A stretch of DNA of 34,077 nucleotides from a virus. Taxonomy: Duplodnaviria > Heunggongvirae > Uroviricota > Caudoviricetes. Positions 1-9,474 of the stretch are shown one piece after another. Location: IMG/VR virus record IMGVR_UViG_3300045836_000008. One strand, 5' to 3'. Each line of letters opens with the position of its first letter. Position 1 is the first letter of the stretch. The notes beneath the pieces were generated by a model. That model was not told the origin of the DNA. It ran no database searches and was given only the letters and a program-made list of their open reading frames with translations. A program made the translations under genes and the position numbers.

Positions 1-191
1 AGTCTCGAAGACGCGGCACTAAATAGAAGACACATCTGTTCCCGCGAAGCGCCCGCGTTAGCGGGAACATGATTAACAACTAGTCAGTAATCATTGAACA
101 TCATGTTCCGCCTTCGGCGTCTCGCGCTGCGCGCTCGAAACACATGTTGTTGATTAGTTGTTCTCGACAAGTGCAAAATTCCCGAAAAACC

Positions 192-220
192 ATTATACCA
201 ACCTTGGGAATTCGTGTCAA
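192..220 (-). promoter_or_regulatory. sigma70-type promoter, leftward
   Basis: Minus strand reads TTGACA-17 nt-TATAAT; the spacer carries ATTCCCAAGGTTGG. Confidence 0.8.
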
Positions 221-278
221 GCACTTTCTGCATCACACCCCACATCTGTAGCCCAAACACGACAGTTCCACCACGGAA

Positions 279-307
279 TTGACAGGTTTGGGCTTTTGCT
301 TTATAAT
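279..307 (+). promoter_or_regulatory. sigma70-type promoter upstream of gene 55
   Basis: TTGACA(279-284)-17 nt-TATAAT(302-307). Confidence 0.85.
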
Positions 308-361
308 GTCCATCATTGTTGTTGAGAAGTATCTACGTTATGGAGAACCCGGCACTATGAA

Positions 362-1027
362 ATGAACCTGTACGATTACCAACCCCCTGTAGACGAAGCG
401 TCCATCCAGTACGATCCGTGGCTGGCGTCGAAGACCATTGACGCGAGCGTGGAAGAGTACCCGGCAGAGATGCCGGAAGCGCAGCCCGAGAAGGCCCATT
501 ACGTCGATAACGACGAGATGTTGGCCGCGTGGCTCGCATTCCAAGACGACCGCAAGAAGGCCGAAGCGGAAGGGAAGCCGGAACCCGTTGTCCCGCGCTA
601 CCTAGCCGAGTGCATCCTAAAGATTTGCCATCGGACGGCCTACAAGTACAACTTCATCAACTACTCGTACCGTGACGAGATGATTCTTGACGCAATCGAG
701 AATTGTCTGCGCGGCATCAACACGTTCGACCCAGAACGGTCCAAGTACATCTTCAGCTACTACACGACCGCAGCATGGAACGCCTTCATCCGGCGCATCC
801 AGAAAGAAGCAAAAGAAGCTGCGATCAAGGGCAAGATGATTTGCCAGATGGACATCGATGATCTGGTTCGCCAAGAGCATGACAATGGCGAGTTCCAGAC
901 GAACTTGATCGAGTACATGAAGCAAGCCCATGACTTCCGCGAAGCGCACGAAAAACGCGGCAAGGTCGAACTCAAAGAAAAGCCCATGCCTGTCGCAGAA
1001 AATGCGCTGGTGTTTGACGACGAATGA
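362..1027 (+). CDS. 55: T4-like late transcription sigma factor gp55
   Basis: HYVDN, NFINYSYRDEMILDAIENCL and FSYYTTAAWNAFIRRIQKE match T4-family gp55; it lies upstream of genes 47/46. Confidence 0.92.
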   Translation: MNLYDYQPPVDEASIQYDPWLASKTIDASVEEYPAEMPEAQPEKAHYVDNDEMLAAWLAFQDDRKKAEAEGKPEPVVPRYLAECILKICHRTAYKYNFINYSYRDEMILDAIENCLRGINTFDPERSKYIFSYYTTAAWNAFIRRIQKEAKEAAIKGKMICQMDIDDLVRQEHDNGEFQTNLIEYMKQAHDFREAHEKRGKVELKEKPMPVAENALVFDDE

Positions 1028-1551
1028 TTGACATTTTTGACCCTGCACAAGAACAGGTGATGGTCGATCTGGAAACGCTGTCCCTGAACCCGAACGCATG
1101 TATCGTGTCCATCGGCGCAACCAGATTCACCATCGAAGACGGCATCACTGACCAGTTCTCGGTGAACATTGACCCGTTCGATGCCAAGACCTACGGACTA
1201 CACATCGACCCGGATACGGTCGCATGGTGGCGCAAGCAAGACCCGGCCATCTCCGATATGTGGAAGGTCGATCCGCAGCCGCTTAAAGAAGCGCTGACGG
1301 CCTTCTGTTTGTGGTTCGGTGGTCGCACCATCCCGATCTACGGGAACAGCCCTAGCTTCGATTGCGTGGTTCTGCGCGAAGCGATGAAGGCAACCGGCGT
1401 GCCGTGTCCGTGGAACTTCCGAGACGAGACGGACTATCGGACGTTCTGTAAGATCAGCCCGATTCCTTTCGAGAAGTCGGACCATCTGCATAGCGCCATG
1501 CACGATGCGATTTACCAGACCAACCACTTGCTGAAGATTCTCCGATCATGA
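1024..1551 (+). CDS. DEDDh 3'-5' exonuclease (RNase AS/DexA-like)
   Basis: VMVDLETL (Exo I), GNSPSFD (Exo II), HSAMHDA (Exo III). Confidence 0.8.
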   Translation: MIDIFDPAQEQVMVDLETLSLNPNACIVSIGATRFTIEDGITDQFSVNIDPFDAKTYGLHIDPDTVAWWRKQDPAISDMWKVDPQPLKEALTAFCLWFGGRTIPIYGNSPSFDCVVLREAMKATGVPCPWNFRDETDYRTFCKISPIPFEKSDHLHSAMHDAIYQTNHLLKILRS

Positions 1552-1823
1552 GCGAACCTGACATCGCTACAGAACGACAAACACAGTACGACCCGCAACT
1601 AGTCATCGACGAAGATGGCGTCGAAGCGTTGTCGGTAGCCATGACGAACAAACTAGCCGAGACGCGAAAGAAAGGTCGTTGCGGTTGGGATGATCCGAAC
1701 GAGATTTCCACCGACCGCCTGAAGGTTCTGTTGTTCAACCAGTTGGCGAAGGAACCGGCTGACGTGGTGGACATCGCGAACTACTGCATGATGCTCTATA
1801 GCCGTGGCGTTCGATTCGTATGA
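1548..1823 (+). CDS. hypothetical phage protein (91 aa)
   Basis: ATGA-coupled ORF with phage-like codon usage; C-terminal DVVDIANYCMML. Confidence 0.7.
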   Translation: MSEPDIATERQTQYDPQLVIDEDGVEALSVAMTNKLAETRKKGRCGWDDPNEISTDRLKVLLFNQLAKEPADVVDIANYCMMLYSRGVRFV

Positions 1824-2011
1824 CCAACTTCATAATAATGTCGGACACCGAATTGCACGAACACATCAAGCTTGCTTGCTTGGCATACAGTGAGCGTGTT
1901 AGTGCATGGTGGCACGACATCAAGTACCTAGTTGATAGGTTCAACTTTCAACAATGCAGCATCGAACAAGCACTAGACGATTTAGAACGTGAAGATCGAG
2001 AACAGTCATAA
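1820..2011 (+). CDS. hypothetical protein (63 aa)
   Basis: ATGA overlap with the upstream ORF. Confidence 0.55.
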   Translation: MTNFIIMSDTELHEHIKLACLAYSERVSAWWHDIKYLVDRFNFQQCSIEQALDDLEREDREQS

Positions 2012-2462
2012 AGTACCGCCAGCACTGTTGGCGAAGGCCGACACGATTTGGCAGATGGACGGCGACGAGTTGTATCAGTTCACCGACGACATGTGGACCT
2101 TTGTCCCCGAGTCCATCGACACTCTTGACGAATTCTACGGCCCTGCACTGCTGGCCGAAATCAAGAAACGGCAAGAAGCGCTTATCAAAGAAGAAGAGCG
2201 CAAACGCAACGCAAAGGTGGTTGTAGACGGCGACGAATACAACACCATCAACTACTTCGACATGTATCACCTTGGTTGGGAATCCGACACGAAGGCATGG
2301 ATCGTGGACAAGGCCGGTACGCCGACCCTTGTTCATTCGAACCACGGCGGCACGTACTTCGTTCAAGACCCGGTTGCTTTCCTGCAAGCGAAGATCAAGG
2401 AACTGAACTCCAACATCAAGGCGATGAAAAGCGCCGTGACCCTGCTAGAACTCAATGGCTAA
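1989..2462 (+). CDS. hypothetical protein (157 aa)
   Basis: GTG start; fills the gap before gene 47; C-terminal coiled-coil pattern. Confidence 0.7.
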   Translation: MKIENSHKVPPALLAKADTIWQMDGDELYQFTDDMWTFVPESIDTLDEFYGPALLAEIKKRQEALIKEEERKRNAKVVVDGDEYNTINYFDMYHLGWESDTKAWIVDKAGTPTLVHSNHGGTYFVQDPVAFLQAKIKELNSNIKAMKSAVTLLELNG

Positions 2463-3528
2463 AGTAGTCTTCCTTGGCGACACGCACTTCGGTGCGTTCG
2501 ACGGTCGCCCGCTGTATCACGCGTTCATGGAGCGCGTCTACAGCAAGTGGTTCTTCCCGCTGCTGAAGGAACTTGGCATCTCTTCGGTGTACCAGTTCGG
2601 TGATCTTTACGACAAGCGTAAGGGCGTCGATTCGTTCAGTGCTACGGAATCCAAACGATACTTCTTCGAACCGGCTGAAGACGCCGACATCGACATCACT
2701 GCGCTGATCGGCAATCACGATTCGTTCTTCACGAACACCATCGAAGTGAACAGTCCGTGGCTGCTGCTGTCCGAGTTCAAGAACGTGGACATCGTAAGCG
2801 CACCACGCACCGTGACCATCGGCACGACGCTCGTTGACATCATCCCTTGGATTTGTCGGGACAACGAAGAACACATCATGAAGTTCATCGAGCAGTCCGA
2901 GTCGGAATACTGCTTCGGTCACTTCGAGATTGATGGCTTCGCGATGTACAAGGGTGTGGAAGCACACAAGGGCATCTCTCGCGACCTGTTCAAGAAGTAC
3001 AAGAAGGTCTACAGCGGTCATTACCACACGCGCAGCGACGATGGCAACATCATGTACATCGGTACTCCGCACGAACTGACGTGGAACGACTGGAACGACC
3101 CGCGCGGCATCCACGTGTGGGACAGTGAAACCGGCGAGATGGAATTCCATCCGTGCCCCTTCACGCTGTTCGAAAAGATCATCTACAACGAAGACGAAAT
3201 CGACTTCAAGAAGAAGCCGAACATCGACGTTGAAGCCTTCGAGAAGAAGTACATCAAGCTGGTGGTCGAGAAACGCACGGATTTCAAGAAGTTCGATCTG
3301 TTCGTGACTGCGCTGAATGAAGCTGGTCCGCACGATGTGAAGATCATCGAGAATCTTGATGACTTCCAGAACGAGAACGTAGACATCGATCTGGACAAGT
3401 TGGACCTTGACGACACGCCTACGCTACTGCGCAACTACGTTGACAGTGTGGACACCGACCTGAACAAAGACCGGCTGAAGCGTGAACTGATCCTTCTCTA
3501 CACCGAAGCAAAGGCACTGGAAACCTGA
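2455..3528 (+). CDS. 47: recombination nuclease subunit gp47 (Mre11/SbcD-like)
   Basis: Phosphoesterase motifs GDTHFG, FGDLYD, GNHD, GHFE, SGHYH; synteny with genes 55 and 46. Confidence 0.95.
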   Translation: MAKVVFLGDTHFGAFDGRPLYHAFMERVYSKWFFPLLKELGISSVYQFGDLYDKRKGVDSFSATESKRYFFEPAEDADIDITALIGNHDSFFTNTIEVNSPWLLLSEFKNVDIVSAPRTVTIGTTLVDIIPWICRDNEEHIMKFIEQSESEYCFGHFEIDGFAMYKGVEAHKGISRDLFKKYKKVYSGHYHTRSDDGNIMYIGTPHELTWNDWNDPRGIHVWDSETGEMEFHPCPFTLFEKIIYNEDEIDFKKKPNIDVEAFEKKYIKLVVEKRTDFKKFDLFVTALNEAGPHDVKIIENLDDFQNENVDIDLDKLDLDDTPTLLRNYVDSVDTDLNKDRLKRELILLYTEAKALET

Positions 3529-3689
3529 TGTTTTATCCGCTAAATGGCGATCACCGATTTGATATGTCGGACCCGCGTTCGTGGGATGAACCTGAAATGT
3601 CGCCTGAACTGATGGAACTGGTTGAACGCGAGATACGCAAAGAACATGAAGCTTATCGTAGCCGGATCGCGGTCCCTGCACAACCGTGA
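3528..3689 (+). CDS. small hypothetical protein (53 aa; not in the ORF track)
   Basis: TGATG coupling to the gene 47 stop; my translation begins MFYPLNGDHRF; overlaps the next ORF by 44 nt. Confidence 0.4.
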   Translation: MFYPLNGDHRFDMSDPRSWDEPEMSPELMELVEREIRKEHEAYRSRIAVPAQP

Positions 3690-4047
3690 ACAAGTGTACC
3701 GTGACCTTGACGGGCGTATATCTGGAATCAGCGAAATCGTCTCTGGGATGGCTTTGTGCTGGCTCTGGTCACGTCACCCCGAGATTGGCGGTCCAGACCG
3801 CTACGGGCACGATTGGGCGGTCCTGCGGGGCATCCCTGTCGCCAAGTATCCGGCTGTCTGGGACTACAAAGGTGCAGGGTTCGCCCGCAACGACGAGATG
3901 GCCGACTATGCGGATGCAGCCCTGATCTTCTGGGACGGCAAATCCACTGGTTCTGCCGACATGGCAAAGCGCATGAAAAAGCGCAACAAACCGCGCATTT
4001 TGATAGATTGCGCAACTTCTTGCGCACTTGATTCGTTATTCGAATGA
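3646..4047 (+). CDS. SLOG-family protein (DUF2493/YspA-like)
   Basis: LIVAGSR, IVSGMA, GAGFARNDEMA and FWDGKSTGS are typical of SLOG proteins. Confidence 0.8.
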   Translation: MKLIVAGSRSLHNREQVYRDLDGRISGISEIVSGMALCWLWSRHPEIGGPDRYGHDWAVLRGIPVAKYPAVWDYKGAGFARNDEMADYADAALIFWDGKSTGSADMAKRMKKRNKPRILIDCATSCALDSLFE

Positions 4048-4292
4048 CTATACATCCTGACGGGCTGAAGTACCGCCGACCGTACACGTTGGATCGTGAT
4101 CCGACCATCGTCCCGCGCCACGACCACGGCGCATACATCCGTGGTTGGGTTGAGATGTTGGACTGGCGTGAAATCGGATTGCATGGGTTTCCTGACAATC
4201 CGTATAGCCGCCACTACTTCTTCAACCATCACTATTCGTTCAAGGCGGGTGTCCATGACGCCTACCAATTCCTGATTACAGACGCACCATGA
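4044..4292 (+). CDS. hypothetical protein (82 aa)
   Basis: ATGA-coupled at both ends. Confidence 0.6.
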   Translation: MTIHPDGLKYRRPYTLDRDPTIVPRHDHGAYIRGWVEMLDWREIGLHGFPDNPYSRHYFFNHHYSFKAGVHDAYQFLITDAP

Positions 4293-6001
4293 TTTTCTTC
4301 CGCGAAGTACGATACAAAAACATCATGGCGACGGGTCAGCCATTCACGGTGATCCGTCTCGATGCAGCGCCGACTACTCTGTTCACCGGCAAGAACGGTT
4401 CGGGCAAGTCCACGTTCATCGAAGCCATCACGTTCGCCCTGTTCAATCAGGCGTACCGCAAGATCAACAAGCCCGCACTCGTCAACACGATCAACAACAA
4501 GAACCTGTTGTGCGAGATTGACTTCGACATCGGCCCGACGAAGTACACCGTGCGCCGTGGCATCAAACCCGCCGTCTTCGAGATTGAGATTGACGGCAAG
4601 GTGCGCGACAGCGTACCCGGCACGGACGATCAGAAGTGGTTGGAAGAAGTCGTGCTTGGCATGAACTTCAAGACATTCTGTCAAACAGTCATCATCGGCA
4701 ACGCGACGTACACGCCGTTCATGCAACTGTCCACACCCAATCGTCGCGACTTCGTAGAAGACCTTCTGGACATCCGCATCTATGGCCTGATGACGGACAT
4801 CCTGAAGAAGAAAGTTAGTGACGCCAAGCAACGCATCAAGGACATCGAAGACGAACTCCGAGTCCAATCCAGTAAGATCGATGTTCAAAAATCTTACATC
4901 CAGACTCTACATGATGACCGTGAGAGAAAGGCTGCGCAAGCGCGAGAGAAGATTGCAGCTAGTCAAGTTCTGATCGATCAAGCCAACAAGGACATGGATG
5001 CCTTTGTTGGTCAGCGCGACGAACTGATGGACAAGGTTCAAGATTCTGAAGCCGTGTCCGAGCGTATGAAGAAGTTGAAGCCATTGGCATCCAAGCTGGT
5101 CGAGAACGTGACGAAGCTGCGCGAAGAGATTGCCTTCTTCGAACAGCACGACGACTGTCCGGTGTGCAAGCAAATGATTAACGACGAGTTCAAATCGTCG
5201 GCCATCGAAGAACGCAACACCAAGGTCTTCCATCTCAAAGACGGTAGCCTGAAGCTGCGCGAACAAATCGACGCGACACAAGAACGTCTCGATGAAATCT
5301 TTGACCTGAATCAATCGATCCGCCGACTGGACCAGACCATCGCAGATTGCATGACGAAGATTCGCATCGAGCAACGCGTGATCGACCGTCTGCAAGCCGA
5401 ACTGAATGTCGAGCAACAGATTACGGCCAACGTCGATCACGAAGAAGCCAAGCTGAAGTCGCTGGCCGCTGCTGCGGTACAGATGTCCGAAGCGAAGACC
5501 GTGGCGACTGAAGACAAGTTCTATCTGGACCTGCAAGCGCTGATGTTGAAGGACACTGGCATCAAAGCCAACGTCATCAAGCAGTACGTGCCGATCATGA
5601 ACAAGATGATTAACAAGTACCTGAACGCACTGGACTTCTTTGCGTCGTTCAACCTTGACGAGAACTTCAGCGAAGTCATCAAGTCCCGGAACCGCGACGT
5701 GTTGCAGTACGAATCATTCAGTGAAGGCGAAAAGCTGAAGATCGACCTATCTATTCTCTTCACGTGGATCGCCATTGCGAAGATGAAGAACACGGTTTCA
5801 ACCAACTTGTTGATCTTTGACGAAGTGACCGATGCCGGTTTGGATAATGAATCTTCGGGCCACATCGTAGGAATCCTGAAAGACCTTGCCAAGTCTGCGC
5901 ATGTGTTCGTTATCTCACATCACCCGGAACTTTATTCCGACAAGTTTGATCGTCACGTAAAGTTTGCCAAAGTGAACAACTACAGCCTGATCGTTGACTG
6001 A
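4289..6001 (+). CDS. 46: recombination ATPase gp46 (Rad50/SbcC-like)
   Basis: Walker A GKNGSGKST, coiled coil, CPVC zinc hook, FSEGE signature, LIFDE Walker B, ISH. Confidence 0.96.
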   Translation: MIFFREVRYKNIMATGQPFTVIRLDAAPTTLFTGKNGSGKSTFIEAITFALFNQAYRKINKPALVNTINNKNLLCEIDFDIGPTKYTVRRGIKPAVFEIEIDGKVRDSVPGTDDQKWLEEVVLGMNFKTFCQTVIIGNATYTPFMQLSTPNRRDFVEDLLDIRIYGLMTDILKKKVSDAKQRIKDIEDELRVQSSKIDVQKSYIQTLHDDRERKAAQAREKIAASQVLIDQANKDMDAFVGQRDELMDKVQDSEAVSERMKKLKPLASKLVENVTKLREEIAFFEQHDDCPVCKQMINDEFKSSAIEERNTKVFHLKDGSLKLREQIDATQERLDEIFDLNQSIRRLDQTIADCMTKIRIEQRVIDRLQAELNVEQQITANVDHEEAKLKSLAAAAVQMSEAKTVATEDKFYLDLQALMLKDTGIKANVIKQYVPIMNKMINKYLNALDFFASFNLDENFSEVIKSRNRDVLQYESFSEGEKLKIDLSILFTWIAIAKMKNTVSTNLLIFDEVTDAGLDNESSGHIVGILKDLAKSAHVFVISHHPELYSDKFDRHVKFAKVNNYSLIVD

Positions 6002-6036
6002 CGATTAGGGGAAACTCCCAAACCTGTCGAAAGTAG

Positions 6037-6065
6037 TTGACAACAGGTTTGGGAGTGCGTATATT
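6037..6065 (+). promoter_or_regulatory. sigma70-type promoter within a perfect 14-bp inverted repeat
   Basis: TTGACA-17 nt-TATATT; arms ACTCCCAAACCTGT (6014-6027) and ACAGGTTTGGGAGT (6043-6056). Confidence 0.75.
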
Positions 6066-6140
6066 CACATCCATCGACGGGCAAGAGCCGGTCATCATCC
6101 AAAGAAGAAAGGTAGGTAGAACAAACAACGGGAGTGTACT

Positions 6141-7076
6141 ATGCCAAAAGGTGTCGCCAAGTCTGGTCTGCGAATGACGAAACAACGTCTCGCAGCGTTC
6201 GAAATGACCAACCCGGAAGTCGCACAAGCGTACCGGGAAGCACAAGCGAAGAAGAATCCGCTTCATCTGGTCCAGTCGCATGCCGAAACGTTGGCTGCGC
6301 AACTGTTACCGGTCGAGCGTTCTGACGAAGAAATCGAAGAGCGTCTTCAAGACCTGTTCGAAGCGCTGGTCATCATGACTGAAGCAACGGCCCACGGCAT
6401 GAACCGTTCGCTGTTCATCTCCGGTCCCGCTGGTATCGGCAAGACGTTCGAATCAGACCGCGTGCTGGACAACCTTGGCCCGGACTATCTAGTGAAGCGT
6501 GTGTCGGGCTTCATGCGCCTGACTGGCCTGTACCGCGTCTTATACGAGAACCGCTTCAAGAACCGCACCATCGTGTTCGATGACTCGGATTCGGTCTTTG
6601 CCGATGAAGACAAGCTGAACATGCTGAAGAACGCCACGGACACGAAGGAAGTGCGCAAGATCGTGTGGGGCGCAGAAACGGCGATGGAAACCGACAACGG
6701 CGAAGCCATCCCGCGCGAGTTCGTCTTCGAAGGCAACATCATCTTCATCACGAACACCGACATGCAGTCGATTGTGGATCGTGGTGGACGCATGGCCGAA
6801 CACTACGAAGCCCTGATTTCCCGGTCGCACTATCTGGCTATCTCGATGCCGGAATCCCGCGACTACATGATCCGCATCAAGAGCGTTCTGTCCGATGGCA
6901 TGCTGCGCAAGCAGGGCTTCACGGAAGAACAAGAAGAACAAGTAGTGGACTTCATGGAACAGAACGCCGATGATCTTCGTGAACTGTCCCTTCGGATGGT
7001 CCTGAAGCTGGCGCAACTGGCCAAGATGTCCCCGACCAAGTGGCAACGTCTTGCAGCCGCGACCTGCATGCGATAA
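6141..7076 (+). CDS. AAA+ family ATPase
   Basis: Walker A GPAGIGKT, Walker B IVFDDSD, sensor-like IFITN. Confidence 0.8.
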   Translation: MPKGVAKSGLRMTKQRLAAFEMTNPEVAQAYREAQAKKNPLHLVQSHAETLAAQLLPVERSDEEIEERLQDLFEALVIMTEATAHGMNRSLFISGPAGIGKTFESDRVLDNLGPDYLVKRVSGFMRLTGLYRVLYENRFKNRTIVFDDSDSVFADEDKLNMLKNATDTKEVRKIVWGAETAMETDNGEAIPREFVFEGNIIFITNTDMQSIVDRGGRMAEHYEALISRSHYLAISMPESRDYMIRIKSVLSDGMLRKQGFTEEQEEQVVDFMEQNADDLRELSLRMVLKLAQLAKMSPTKWQRLAAATCMR

Positions 7077-7079
7077 CAG

Positions 7080-7108
7080 TTGACAGGTGTGGGAATTTTC
7101 GATACTAT
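7080..7108 (+). promoter_or_regulatory. sigma70-type promoter
   Basis: TTGACA-17 nt-TACTAT; inverted repeat 7083-7093 / 7110-7120 flanks the -10. Confidence 0.7.
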
Positions 7109-7141
7109 ACCCACACTTGTTCAACAAATGGAGCGAAACAC

Positions 7142-7345
7142 ATGATCCTGTCCATCGAAGCCAAGCTGGAAATCGCCGGTCAATACACCGTCACGCTGGA
7201 AAAGCACGACGACTATCCCGGCTGCTACAAGGTGCGCTACGGTCTGGAAGTGACGCCCTGCCCGTCCTATGAAAAGGCGGTCGCGGAATTCAAACACTGC
7301 GCCCGCCACGCGCAAGAGTGCGCTGGCTGGTTTGACGACGAGTGA
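7142..7345 (+). CDS. hypothetical protein (67 aa)
   Basis: GGAG Shine-Dalgarno upstream of the ATG at 7142. Confidence 0.65.
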   Translation: MILSIEAKLEIAGQYTVTLEKHDDYPGCYKVRYGLEVTPCPSYEKAVAEFKHCARHAQECAGWFDDE

Positions 7346-7346
7346 T

Positions 7347-7619
7347 ATGGCACGCAAATTCAACGAAATCAAGCTCCGAGCAATCGACTTGGAGCGTCTT
7401 GGTATTCAGGTGTCGTTCGTGTACGCGGACGACGATGAAACCCTTCAACAGTGTCGAGACAACGCGCAGAAGTTGGCCGACACGTTCTTCCCGAAGCCGT
7501 ATGTGCGCCCCACACACGGCCCATGCCTGATCTGTGGCACGGATACAACGTTGCTTCGTGGCGACGGTTGGGGGCCGAACGTGTTCTGCTGCCACGGCCC
7601 CGAGTGCATTCCTTTCTGA
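7347..7619 (+). CDS. hypothetical protein with a C-terminal Cys/His cluster (90 aa)
   Basis: CLIC ... CCHGPEC, possibly zinc-binding. Confidence 0.6.
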   Translation: MARKFNEIKLRAIDLERLGIQVSFVYADDDETLQQCRDNAQKLADTFFPKPYVRPTHGPCLICGTDTTLLRGDGWGPNVFCCHGPECIPF

Positions 7620-7648
7620 TTGACAACATTGGGAATTTCCTATATAAT
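7620..7648 (+). promoter_or_regulatory. sigma70-type promoter
   Basis: TTGACA-17 nt-TATAAT. Confidence 0.85.
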
Positions 7649-7697
7649 GCCCTGAAACGTTGGTAGTGAAGTAGAAAACTAGAGAGTTAGATAAACA

Positions 7698-8750
7698 ATG
7701 TCGTTCAGCAATTCCGAACTTCAACAACTGAAGTCCATCCTTGCGGACCAAATCCGCACCATCGAAGTCCGCAAGTCACAAGTCAAGCGTGACATCACCA
7801 AACTGGTCGAACTGAAGCAACCTTTCAAGAAGTCCGGTACGAAGTCGGTCGTTGACAAGTACAACGATATGATCCGCGTTCAGTATAAGCATGTGGACAA
7901 GGCCGACAAGCAACTGAAGAAGTTCCGCGCGCTTCAGCAAGCAGTGAAGCGCGAAATGGCCGATCAGGTCGATGCTATACGCATTCAGAAGGCCGCTGTG
8001 CCCCTGATGGCATCGATCAAGGGGTTGGTAGCCCGCAAGGAACAAGAAGCCGCTACAGCGGGTTTTGCGCAAGTCCAAGGTACGGTCCTTGGTGGTCTGC
8101 AATCGTCGGGCGTCAGCCCCGCGTTCGCTGGCTGGCAAGATCGCGTCATGGAAAACTTCATTCCGGCACAACCGTCGATCCTGACTGGCATCGTTCATAC
8201 GCCGGTCATCAACCCGGACCCGAGCTACGATCAACCGGCGCTCGATAACCGCTGGTACACGGTTCCGAATCGAATCGTGAACCCCGGCTTCGAAGTCGAT
8301 CAGCGTTCGTCCGGTATGAAGCCGTCGAACCCGAAAGACGCAATCGGTTCGGACAAGCTTCCGCTGCACCTGTGGCCCGCTACGGCGACGGCAATGGGCT
8401 GCATCGGTTTCCTGAATGGCATGCTGAAGTATGGCCGTGCAAACTTCCGGGCGATTGGCATCCGTGCAAGCATCTATATCGACGCAGCAAAACGTCACCT
8501 TGACGCGTGGTTCGAAGGCGAAGAGTGCGACCCGGATGACGGTGTTCCGCATCTTGCAGCAGCCCTTGCGTGCATTGGCATCGTGGTTGACGCGATTGCT
8601 GCTGATAAGCTCAATGATGATCGCAATGTGCGTGGTGGTTATCGTCGGCTGGTTGGACAGTTGACCCCGCATGTGGCACGTCTGAAGGCGCTGCACGCTG
8701 GCAAGAATCCCAAGCACTACACTATTGCGGACAACGCATCCTTGGTGTAA
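7698..8750 (+). CDS. coiled-coil protein fused to a dATP/dGTP diphosphohydrolase-like (DUF5664) domain
   Basis: C-terminal NPKDAIGSDKLPLHL...G.LKYG..N...DAAKRHL.AW.EGEE.DPD.GVPHLA.A; N-terminus is a Lys/Gln-rich helical region. Confidence 0.75.
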   Translation: MSFSNSELQQLKSILADQIRTIEVRKSQVKRDITKLVELKQPFKKSGTKSVVDKYNDMIRVQYKHVDKADKQLKKFRALQQAVKREMADQVDAIRIQKAAVPLMASIKGLVARKEQEAATAGFAQVQGTVLGGLQSSGVSPAFAGWQDRVMENFIPAQPSILTGIVHTPVINPDPSYDQPALDNRWYTVPNRIVNPGFEVDQRSSGMKPSNPKDAIGSDKLPLHLWPATATAMGCIGFLNGMLKYGRANFRAIGIRASIYIDAAKRHLDAWFEGEECDPDDGVPHLAAALACIGIVVDAIAADKLNDDRNVRGGYRRLVGQLTPHVARLKALHAGKNPKHYTIADNASLV

Positions 8751-8814
8751 GATGTACGAATTCCCGGCCTTGGTCATTCGATCAAGGCCACTTTGAGAAC
8801 CAACGTAATACAAC

Positions 8815-9474
8815 ATGCAGATTTCCCAAGAAACACTGGCTGTACTGAAGAACTTCGCACAAATCAACACGAACATCCTTGTCCGTGAAGGTTCGGAACT
8901 GCGCACGATCAGCACGATGAAAGACATCTTCGTGACGGCGCAAGTCAAAGAAGAATTCCCGCAAGAGTTCGCAATCTACGACCTGACTTCGCTACTGGCG
9001 CTGCTGTCGCTTGGCGAGAACCAAGAAGTCGAGTTCGGTGAACAATCGCTGAAGATCGTCAAGGACGCGGGCGAGTTCGAATACTTCTACGCGGACCCGA
9101 GCATCATCGTCGCGCCGCCGAACAAGAACATCGTCGTGGACGAATACTTCAAGTTCTCGATCACCAAGGAAGAACTGGTGACTGTCATGAAGGCTGCGGC
9201 AATCGTGTCGGCCCCGATGGTTTCCTTCATCGCGAAGAAGGGCAAGGTCACGCTGTCGGTCGGTGATCCCAAGACTCCCGCATCGAACAGCTACAAGAAG
9301 GTCGTCGGTGAACACGATGGCGAAGACTTCAACGTGAAGCTGGCGGTCGGCAACCTGAAGGTCATCCCGGACGCCTACGATGTCGTCATCTCGAAGAAGA
9401 AGTTCATCCACTTCCGCAACGAAGAGCGCGGTCTGAAATACTGGCTGGCTGCTGACCCTGAATCGGAACTCTGA
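8815..9474 (+). CDS. 45: sliding clamp gp45
   Basis: MQISQETLAVLKNFAQIN, FAIYDL, FEYFYADPSII; lies upstream of gene 44. Confidence 0.93.
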   Translation: MQISQETLAVLKNFAQINTNILVREGSELRTISTMKDIFVTAQVKEEFPQEFAIYDLTSLLALLSLGENQEVEFGEQSLKIVKDAGEFEYFYADPSIIVAPPNKNIVVDEYFKFSITKEELVTVMKAAAIVSAPMVSFIAKKGKVTLSVGDPKTPASNSYKKVVGEHDGEDFNVKLAVGNLKVIPDAYDVVISKKKFIHFRNEERGLKYWLAADPESEL

